A stretch of DNA of 64,000 bases. Origin: Flectonema sp. DT1601. Taxonomy: Eukaryota. The DNA is taken from contig OZ025781.1 of NCBI GenBank assembly GCA_964019425.1, positions 1,736,001-1,800,000 on the forward strand. The letters run 5' to 3'. A program made the translations under genes and the position numbers. How positions within the stretch are numbered: position 1 is the first letter of the stretch; each line of letters begins with the position of its first letter. A model generated the notes under the pieces. That model did not search any database. It was not told where the DNA came from and saw nothing but the letters and a program-made list of their open reading frames with translations. Below, in pieces: positions 36,034-44,687 of the stretch.

Positions 36034-39000
36034 ATGAATAAAAATGGAAACGGAAGATGGAATTGGATGACCATGTGGTATAGTACAAAGGCACAAGACT
36101 ACATTAAGATACTGCATGACGTAAGAGAGCAACCGATGATTAAGTTACTGATTCAGTCGAGAGAGGTTGAAAGTGGGCTGACTACATCCCAATCAGCTAC
36201 TGTTACGAGTAGCTTAGTGTTAGCAGCGAGAGAATGCGCCATGCTGCAGCCAGCTAACAAGCGATGGAACAACTGGATACCAGCTGTGTGGAGAAATAAA
36301 CGCAGCAACCAACAAAACAAGGAATGCGAATCTAAGAAAGTAAGTTATGTTCGCCTCTTGGAAAGCGATAATTTCAAAATGCTAGCAATCTTACAACAGA
36401 TTGCTATCAACGATACGACGTACGCTGTTAAAGAATGGCATCAGTGGATTCCTGTTCCCTGGCATTACCATCTTCCAACTGCATCAACTGATTGTATTAA
36501 TTATTTATTTCTTCTGCAAACTTGTAAAGGTGACCTTAAATATCTGATGTGGTTGAGGGAAGTCACAACAGATGCCTTTCGAGAAGCGCATGAAGCGGCC
36601 ATAGCAGCATCATTTGTGTGCGTTGTTTCGATTAGTGAGGTTTTACGGAAGCACGAAAGTGGCGTAAGGAGCAAGCCATGGAAGTGGATTACATCGATTT
36701 GGAGTGGCACATCAAAGAAATGTCTCGCAACCGGACCACGCACTAGGAGATATCTGCATATGATGGAACATGATCGGTGTAGAAATCCAGCAATCGCTAA
36801 GTTGATCGAACTGTCTGACGAGTTGCAAAGTGCCACACAGACGGCAGCAGTTGTTGCTGTCGTTGGTTGCTTATCAGCAGCCTCTGATGTTTCAACTTTC
36901 AGTGACATCGCAACGGCTTCGGCATTGTGCATCGTTACAACAGTTGGATTTGCTGTAGACACAGCTTTCTGGATGTCGTACACCCCAAATGTTGATATGA
37001 ATGACAATTGGATGACTGGCGTTCTTAGCATTCCCTGTTACGAACATTTTACTTATGTAGAACGTTGTGGGTGCTTGAAACACGGAGTAGAATTAACCGA
37101 TACGAGAATAAATAACTTCCTTCAGGGGAATGTTGAGCCGTATCAGTACCCGGAAGATACCTCCACGGACATGGCGATGAGAGTTGCTGACGGAGCTGCA
37201 CTTATTGCTTCTGCTGTGGCACCACATTTCCAGCGCTGGAATACTGCTCTGCGCATAATTGGTCAGATTTCTCTGTTTAAGCAACTTGCTCCCTACATGC
37301 TTGGCTACATCGCACTTTCTTCAGATGTTGGAGAAGCTCTAGCAGACTTGGCATCACTAATGTCTGTGAGCCAGTCAGGGCCACAGAGCAACACCCAGCT
37401 TATCATCGGACTTTATTATTTACTAGTTTACCGACGTGGCGAACGCGGAAACCACCCGACATGTGCCTTGTCAGAACATTCTGAAAGCAGTCCCGGGGTT
37501 GTAAAAGAAAATGCTTCCGAAAGTGATCTGTTTCCAATTAGAAAGTATGCTTGTCTAGTAAAATTCGTGTACCAAGAAACTGCGGCAGATGTTCAGCGTC
37601 TCGCTGCTCAGCAAGGATTTACCCTTTTAGCGTATGAACCATTAGTCAACGCACGTCACCCGCCTTATTGCCTCTTTCAAGATGACACCTCGAAGGAAAT
37701 AATTATCGCAGTCAGGGGAACCAAACACCTTTCTGACATCCTTATCGACATCTGCGCCAAACCAGCCGTTCTGAAAACACCGAATAATAGTTATAAAGTC
37801 CACAGAGGAATGCTCCGCTCTGCTCTTTGGATTGCAGTGAAGATTTGGCATCCGCTGTTGGTTCTGGCGAGTAAGGGATACGAATTTAAAATAGTCGGCC
37901 ACTCGCTTGGTGCGGGGATAGGAGCACTTTTAGCAACGATATTGAGAGAGTTTGAAATCATTCCGAGACTTGAATGTGTTGGATTTGCGATGCCCAGTTG
38001 CTGTGAGCGATCTTTAGCAGAGAAAGCTGAGGCGTATTGTATTAGTGCTGTGAATGGAGATGATCTGGTACCTCGAGTAAGATCAACTTCCCTTCACAAC
38101 TTAATGACAGCAGTAGCTGATCCGGTTCTACAAGACAGAAGTGAAAAAGATCTCTCTGGAGATACTTCAGCTGTCTTGGGTCGTCTTGCAACTATTTGGG
38201 CACCTCGCGTAAGAAAGCAATCGGCAAAACCGAAAAAAAATGCACCCGCCTCAACTAAAGAAAATTTAAAAGACAACTACCTGAGATCCTTAGGGGGATC
38301 AACTGAGGATACTTTTGTTAATGTCGTAGTAGTTTTCGAGCGTCAGGATTATGGTCTTGAGGAGCTGTCTATCGAAGTGAGGCCGACGGCACCGCTGTCC
38401 ATAGTTCGGGCGCAGGCAGCCGCAGCAGCCAGCATGGCGGCTGCGTCCAATGCTAATATTTTCATTGACAACCACTTGATCACCGAGTCAGATGTAACAA
38501 GGCGAATTGATGAATTCTTTCCGCGGTACATGACGACACGGAATTGCAGTGTTTATATGACTCGAAAGATTGAGGAGTGTAGCGCGAGCGAGTTGCTAGT
38601 TCTGCAATTTGCAAATCCTGGTGAGAGTCCAGAGAGCATCGGACTGCTGCAACTTGACTTCAATGTGTCAACAGTGAAGGCAATTGTCGCCGCTTTAGCG
38701 GCGAAATCAGGGCGTATCAACCCGACTGCAATTGAGGTTTGGAGTGTTTCACCTGATGGTGTCCAAAATCGCATTCCCGTTGGTGTTTCTGGGGAAGGTT
38801 GGAATCAAACTCTCCGCTCTCTTAATCTTAAAAGCGGTGACATTCTACTTGGCAGAGATTCTTGGGGTGCTCGACTGCTAAACAAGCAAACAAGCGATGC
38901 GCCCCTCGGCAACATCTTATCAAACTGTGGCTCCAACACAAGTCTGAGGGACACCACCACTGACTCCACTGGAGAGTTGGCAGCGGGAGATGATTTGATT

Positions 39001-39420
39001 GAATTCTGGCCTCCTGGTAAGATTATCCATTTGTATTTTGTATGTGGTGTGGTAAAAGCAGCCTTACTCCGACCGTGGGCACGAGTATTGGAAAGAATAG
39101 AACTCAGTTCAAAAATGGGAGATGACCATCGAATGGATTCATTGATGCGGTCCTTGCGTTCATTAACACGTTGTCGGGAACGAAACCACCCAATTCCGGA
39201 ATGGGAGCCATTTGGTGCGGCCATGCAGTGTCGATGCTGTCGAACAAATTTCGCTTGGGAATCCACCAGTTCCACAGCAGCATCTCAGCTGCGATCTCGA
39301 GCCCACTGTCACCACTGTGGTAAGATAGTGTGCACTGAGTGCAGACAAAATAAACTTTCTTCTGATGCTTCTCCATCTCCTGCGCCGATATGTGATACTT
39401 GTTTCTTCAATGTGACATAA
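36034..39420 (+). CDS. Class-3 (DAG-lipase-like) lipase with a C-terminal FYVE-type zinc finger
   Basis: IAVRGT, VHRGM, GHSLGAG (catalytic Ser), DDLVPR and DDHRM; C-terminal CRCC...HCHHCGKIVCTEC...ICDTC. The start codon is uncertain. Confidence 0.85.
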   Translation: MNKNGNGRWNWMTMWYSTKAQDYIKILHDVREQPMIKLLIQSREVESGLTTSQSATVTSSLVLAARECAMLQPANKRWNNWIPAVWRNKRSNQQNKECESKKVSYVRLLESDNFKMLAILQQIAINDTTYAVKEWHQWIPVPWHYHLPTASTDCINYLFLLQTCKGDLKYLMWLREVTTDAFREAHEAAIAASFVCVVSISEVLRKHESGVRSKPWKWITSIWSGTSKKCLATGPRTRRYLHMMEHDRCRNPAIAKLIELSDELQSATQTAAVVAVVGCLSAASDVSTFSDIATASALCIVTTVGFAVDTAFWMSYTPNVDMNDNWMTGVLSIPCYEHFTYVERCGCLKHGVELTDTRINNFLQGNVEPYQYPEDTSTDMAMRVADGAALIASAVAPHFQRWNTALRIIGQISLFKQLAPYMLGYIALSSDVGEALADLASLMSVSQSGPQSNTQLIIGLYYLLVYRRGERGNHPTCALSEHSESSPGVVKENASESDLFPIRKYACLVKFVYQETAADVQRLAAQQGFTLLAYEPLVNARHPPYCLFQDDTSKEIIIAVRGTKHLSDILIDICAKPAVLKTPNNSYKVHRGMLRSALWIAVKIWHPLLVLASKGYEFKIVGHSLGAGIGALLATILREFEIIPRLECVGFAMPSCCERSLAEKAEAYCISAVNGDDLVPRVRSTSLHNLMTAVADPVLQDRSEKDLSGDTSAVLGRLATIWAPRVRKQSAKPKKNAPASTKENLKDNYLRSLGGSTEDTFVNVVVVFERQDYGLEELSIEVRPTAPLSIVRAQAAAAASMAAASNANIFIDNHLITESDVTRRIDEFFPRYMTTRNCSVYMTRKIEECSASELLVLQFANPGESPESIGLLQLDFNVSTVKAIVAALAAKSGRINPTAIEVWSVSPDGVQNRIPVGVSGEGWNQTLRSLNLKSGDILLGRDSWGARLLNKQTSDAPLGNILSNCGSNTSLRDTTTDSTGELAAGDDLIEFWPPGKIIHLYFVCGVVKAALLRPWARVLERIELSSKMGDDHRMDSLMRSLRSLTRCRERNHPIPEWEPFGAAMQCRCCRTNFAWESTSSTAASQLRSRAHCHHCGKIVCTECRQNKLSSDASPSPAPICDTCFFNVT

Positions 39421-39786
39421 GATTGATTATTGAAATAATAACAATAGGAACTGGAATGATACATTTCATGTTGCCTGATTCGCTCAATGCCAGCGGTTTG
39501 TGAGAAACCAGCTGTGCTCCAGGTCTCTTGCTTGTAAAAGAAGGTTTGTTACATAGCAGAGCTTCTCTTCTCTTGCTACTCTTGATGCGGGTGGCGCTAT
39601 CTATCCTCCAATTCTTGAAATCTAACTTTAGTTAAACGAGCGTCTGCTGTCAGAAAGTTGATTTAATAGTTTTTATGTGACAGTATTTTTCCATTCCAGA
39701 CCCAGCGCTTCGAGTTGAGATAAAGCAGTTCCTATTTTCTTAGTTTATCCATTATTTCCTCAGTTTAGAATATCGTAAGTTGCGAA

Positions 39787-42153
39787 ATGGAAGATCGCAA
39801 AGCAAGAGAAGAGGCCCATGCAGCAGCATTTCGAGCATTTGATCTTGATGGCAGTGGAGAGATTTGCTCTGTCGATATCCCTTTTGCAGTGGCTGCATGT
39901 GACGATTTAGAGAATATTGAAATCACTGAACAAGATTTGACATGGGCAATGAGACGTCACGGAGTTAAAAAGGGGGGCATAGCAACAAAGGCGCAGTTCG
40001 GTGGAGTTGCAGAGGCGCTTTGGAAAAGAAGGATTGAACCAAGAATTAAATTAGAAATGCAGCACCAGGAAGAGAGGCAGGAGCGGGAACGGCGCGAATT
40101 AGCAGCAGCGATGCCAGTGAAAAACCCGAACAAGCGATTGTTCGACTCTACCCAGGACAAGGTAGGGCGAGCTTTCTACGCATTTGATACTGACAATTCG
40201 GGTGAAGTAAGCGGAGTTGATCTCAATCGGATGTTGCAAATGACGGGAATTAAACAGTTTGATCAAAATAAACTTTCCGAAGTGTTGTTTAAGATTGGCA
40301 AGGCGCGTTCGGGTTTATTCCAACTCGCTGAATTTCGTACCATTTATTGCATGATGTTAGACCTACCATTACCCAGCACCGGACAAGATTCACAACTGAC
40401 TCAATCCACCCAGCAACAGCAGCAACCGTTACCAGCAGGGCTTCCGCCTCCGATCGATGCATCACAACTTGCCAGTACCTGTAGAAGTGACATTTCTAAT
40501 TTGGATCAGCCGCTGACTTGTCCAACCAGACAACCTGACGCGCATGTAAATGCAATCTTACAAGCTGCTCACGCAAACAGTTCGAATACCGCAACCAGCC
40601 TACCAATTCATTTGTCTCAGGCAACAACAAACCCGGAATTTACTAATCCGCTCATGAATGAATTACAGAATGAATTACAGACAGATCATATGCTTCAACA
40701 AAAGCAAGCTGAAAGAGATAGAGTTCTGATGGAAGAGCTCGCACGGCATGAACGTGAGGAGGAGGAGGCGATGATGATGTACGCACAACAACAGCGGGGC
40801 TTACAAAACCTCTCGGCAACTACAGAGAGTCATGCGGGGCTACCCAACCACAATTCTCTAGCTTCAAGTCCCATTTTTAGCAATCAGAATAGTTGTGCAG
40901 AGGTTCCTGAATTCCAACAGTTCTTTGAGCCACTACAACCCCTCCGAAAAGTTCACATTGTTGGTGACAAGGAGCAGGTTCGAATGTTGGTCGAAGCGCA
41001 TCCTGCTATTCAAGGTTGGAACGACGTTTATGAGACACATGTTGGAGCCACAGCAGCTGTACTCAGGGATATGCCGTCAAAGGGAGCAGTTGGGGTTAGG
41101 TTTGGTGATGGCACTGTAGCTTGGTATCCAAGGGCATGTGTTTGCGTTGATAATACTGTTGCTCAGACATCTATCCATTCGAAAAGTAAGATTCCCTCTC
41201 AAGAGATCCAAAGAACAGTTGGAGTTACTGACTTGCCGTTAGGGAGACTCATAAACAAAATCAACTTCGGCGGGCTTGAATCTGATGTGTCGAGTGTCGA
41301 TTCTTCCGTTCCTCCAGGGCGGTTTGATATGGCGAATATGGAGCTATCACACCACTTCGTTCACAATCAAGAGCAACACGTTGTCATCCAGCCTGATGAG
41401 CATGGAAATGATCTTCCGTTAGCATCAAGTTTTGATCCGGAGCGCATTGATGCTGACACAGATGATACATCGTTACCACCCCAAATGTCGCACACTCGGT
41501 ACTGCCCTCCACAAAGAGGTGAGTACAAAATGCCAGATGTTCCGAAGTATGACATTACAGAACTTGACGCAATTTATCCACTGGGGAAAAAGAAATCAGA
41601 AGTAAAGGACCCAGAACTAGAACTTATTTTCACCCTCTTTGACTGCAACAATGAGCGCGAAGTGCCACGCAGGGATTTGCACACGATGCTGAAGTCTCTG
41701 GGGTATGTTGTCCCCAGACTTGAACTTGAAGCACTGTTCTCAAATTTTGGAAAATCTGAATCTGGAAACATGATGCTGTCGGAATTCAAAATGTTGGTGA
41801 AAGACATCGGGAAACGTCACAAGCGGTCAAAGAAACTCTGCAGCATTAACCGCTTGAAGCCCATAAACTCCCTTGCAGTCAAATCCCATTCACAAGAAGA
41901 TCTCCGTTCCATGTATTTCTTATTTGCTGAAAACAGCGACTCTGAAATTACACGTAAGCAGCTCACGATCTGCCTCAACTCCCTCGGTCTCGATGATACT
42001 TTCGAAGTTGATGTTTTTCTTGAAGTTGACAATACACTGTCAAACCCAAATCAACTGCCCAAAGATATTACAATTCCCTTGGGTACATTCTTGAAACTTG
42101 TGAAGCAGCTACAGACAAGTCGGTTTGCAAAGCATCTCGAATTAATTGGTTAG
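39787..42153 (+). CDS. Multi-EF-hand protein with a Mind-bomb-type SH3-like repeat
   Basis: EF loops FDLDGSGEI, FDTDNSGEV and FDCNNEREV; segment QGWNDVYETHVG...GVRFGDGTVAWYPRAC. Confidence 0.8.
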   Translation: MEDRKAREEAHAAAFRAFDLDGSGEICSVDIPFAVAACDDLENIEITEQDLTWAMRRHGVKKGGIATKAQFGGVAEALWKRRIEPRIKLEMQHQEERQERERRELAAAMPVKNPNKRLFDSTQDKVGRAFYAFDTDNSGEVSGVDLNRMLQMTGIKQFDQNKLSEVLFKIGKARSGLFQLAEFRTIYCMMLDLPLPSTGQDSQLTQSTQQQQQPLPAGLPPPIDASQLASTCRSDISNLDQPLTCPTRQPDAHVNAILQAAHANSSNTATSLPIHLSQATTNPEFTNPLMNELQNELQTDHMLQQKQAERDRVLMEELARHEREEEEAMMMYAQQQRGLQNLSATTESHAGLPNHNSLASSPIFSNQNSCAEVPEFQQFFEPLQPLRKVHIVGDKEQVRMLVEAHPAIQGWNDVYETHVGATAAVLRDMPSKGAVGVRFGDGTVAWYPRACVCVDNTVAQTSIHSKSKIPSQEIQRTVGVTDLPLGRLINKINFGGLESDVSSVDSSVPPGRFDMANMELSHHFVHNQEQHVVIQPDEHGNDLPLASSFDPERIDADTDDTSLPPQMSHTRYCPPQRGEYKMPDVPKYDITELDAIYPLGKKKSEVKDPELELIFTLFDCNNEREVPRRDLHTMLKSLGYVVPRLELEALFSNFGKSESGNMMLSEFKMLVKDIGKRHKRSKKLCSINRLKPINSLAVKSHSQEDLRSMYFLFAENSDSEITRKQLTICLNSLGLDDTFEVDVFLEVDNTLSNPNQLPKDITIPLGTFLKLVKQLQTSRFAKHLELIG

Positions 42154-42709
42154 AAACGAATGTCTAGATTTTTACTGTACAATTTTAATGTTCTTGTATT
42201 CAAGTTTAGTTGTTTATTTTCAGTGCTTTCATTTAAACTGCTGTTTCCCCCATAAGGACGATTCCAACACGGCAAAGATGTATGCAGCTAAGTTAACATT
42301 TATTACTTCAGTGATTATAAAAACGTGGTCTTTCCCTTGTAATAGCTTGCATGGAGCATGTCCCCAGCCCACTATGCTGATGCAGAGAGCAGAATTGTCG
42401 CGCACATTGCAGAGATAAGTTTGACAGACCTGTTGTGAATGATTTATAAAATAATTTCAAATGCAACAGATAACCCAAGCCACATGCCCAATAACCCACT
42501 GTAACCTAGCCGCGGTTTTCATTCTTGCATATTTACAAAAAAAAAGAAAATTAACCCTTACCACCATAAGAACCCCTAAAACAACAGGTCCAATTATGTT
42601 TTTTCAAAAAGAGAAAAGGTACCCCCCCAGAAATAACGATACTGGATGAGGGCAAAACCCAAGAAAATTTCTCATAAGGAATTTAAAAAAAGGCAAGAAT
42701 GATAAAAAG

Positions 42710-43258
42710 ATGATTAAGATTACTGACACTTCTAAAACACAGAAACCGACAACAATAACTTGCACAGATCAAATAATCAATGCGATTAAAACTACTACGA
42801 AAAATGACACCTGCGCCAACACATCTGATAATGGCAATACGGATGAGACATCAAAGAAGAACAAGAACTCATGCATTCTGCCACCTATCACACCGCCACA
42901 AAGATCTATAGAACCGACATATGTAGACACAGATAATATCAAGAGAATATGTCGATACTGTGGGAAGACTAAAAAATCGATTATTCATCATTTAACCAAA
43001 TGCTAATTGTTCAAAGCTTCAAAGGACTATCCGACTTATATAGATGAAGATGATAAGACGAGATATGAAGTTACAAACGAAAAGATTAATGAGAATAATA
43101 AAGTTATCTCGGTAATCAAGGACAGAGAGACAACCAGTATGCGATCTATCAAGAAAAGCGGCAAGTTAATAACACAAACGATTCATGTCAAAAATCCGTC
43201 TACCATCTTTATTATATCCAAAGTTTTTTTAGTACAATTATTCACAAGAAACACTTAG
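42710..43258 (+). pseudogene. Decayed A-rich coding relic with a CxxC...H...C zinc-finger motif, possibly transposon-derived
   Basis: Two abutting in-frame ORFs split by one stop. The first ends CRYCGKTKKSIIHHLTKC. Composition differs from neighbouring genes. Confidence 0.3.
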
Positions 43259-43339
43259 CAAAATTCGGATTCCAGAAAAAAAAAATTTTTTTTTTTTGAC
43301 CTTTTTTTTTTTGACTTTCTGATACTAAATTATCGACGG

Positions 43340-43795
43340 TTAAAGTTCTACAGGCTGGTCTTGTGTACCAAGGCTGTTAAGATTAGTCTCGGTCCAGAAT
43401 CGAAACGATTGTTGCCTGTGCATTACCTCTGCATACCAACCTGGTGGGGGCTTGATAACTATGTCTTGAATGTTGAGGTTGCTTCCAGATACATAAGCGT
43501 GGTTCATATTTAGAGCCCAGAAAAGGACAACATATCCACAAATAACGTTGTTGGTAGCTGGTTGCACACCAGTCTTAATAAATGAGATGTCAAAATTACT
43601 AAAAGCAAAACGGAGTGCCGCTTTGGTAGTGCTGGTGATGCAGTCTAGACGAGGATCAACTACAACTAAGGAGTTCCCTTCCCCAATAGTTGTAACAGCC
43701 AGTAGCCAGTGTGAGGTTTCATACTTTTTTATAGTTTTTTTTCTGAGAATCCACCATCTTAAGTTCCAAGTGAGATTTGGACTGTTAGCTTTTGG
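43340..43795 (-). pseudogene. Ulp1/C48-like cysteine protease relic
   Basis: I extended the 43340-43567 frame by hand; it is open to 43795 and reads SHWLLAV...VVVDPR...GVQPATNNVICGYVV, the H-D-Q-C order of Ulp1 proteases. There is an in-frame TAG at 43796-43798 and no ATG ahead of the domain. Confidence 0.5.
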
Positions 43796-44108
43796 CTAAG
43801 TTGCCTGAAAGGCAAGAACAAAAAAACTACTCTCATCTGAAGAAAACATAATACACAAAGAACACACATACAAGTACATCGCATCGCTTGCTGAACCTCC
43901 TGAGCGAAAGCAAGTCGGGTATCTCTCGCAGGTTTGCGAACCTGTGTTTGTAACTGTAAAAAATGTCTCACAAATTACCCTCATCTGTTATATCTGTCAA
44001 TTATAAATAACAATTTTAAAATCATTTTTTACTTTGAAGAACAAGAAACAAACAATCAACTCACTACCTTCTTTATGACTATTCATGCAAGTGTTTGATT
44101 TAATGGTG

Positions 44109-44115
44109 AAAAAAA
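44109..44115 (-). terminator. Pol III T-run terminator of tRNA-Glu
   Basis: T7 on the minus strand, 1 nt after the discriminator base. Confidence 0.8.
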
Positions 44116-44116
44116 G

Positions 44117-44188
44117 TTCCTCCTCTGGGGTTCGAACCCAGGTCGCCTGGGTGAAAGCCAGGTATACTAACCACTGTACTAAAGAGGA
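44117..44188 (-). tRNA. tRNA-Glu: tRNA-Glu(TTC)
   Basis: TCCTCTTTAGTACAGTGGTTAGTATACCTGGCTTTCACCCAGGCGACCTGGGTTCGAACCCCAGAGGAGGAA folds as a cloverleaf, with anticodon arm CCTGG-CTTTCAC-CCAGG and T-loop TTCGAAC. Confidence 0.96.
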
Positions 44189-44439
44189 CATATTACTTTT
44201 CTTTTTTTTTTTTTTTTTTTTTTTTTTGGTTACACTCGTCTGTGCTTCCAGACTCTTTGTTTTTGTTCTTTTCACTTCTTTGTTTTGTCTTTCTTTTATA
44301 CTTTCTTTTGGTTTAAGTCTGACAAATTGGAAAACACGGGAAACATAGGTAGGCTCCGCCTGAGGACGTAAGAAGAGCGGCAACGGGAAAAAATAAATGG
44401 TCACGCGTCCTTGAAATTGGACACACGAAGCTAATTCGG

Positions 44440-44659
44440 TTACCATTCCTACCATCGATAAGGAAAAACAAAGAATCGAGCATATAACTAGAGCGGTGGT
44501 CAAAGACCACTTGAACAGCCCGAAGGCCTGCCCTCAAGAGAAATTTATAAGGAGAATAGGAGAAAAAGGAGACAGGAGTGTTGGAAGAGACACTGCGACA
44601 ACACCGAAGGTGATGTGCAGTTACCCAACCAGGAGATGATTGATAATGATGAAAATACT
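44440..44659. repeat. 220-bp non-terminal direct repeat, 3' UTR copy
   Basis: Identical by eye to 50180-50399 (offset 5740 bp). Confidence 0.97.
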
Positions 44660-44687
44660 AAATATTGATAAAACACTTAAATGGCGA

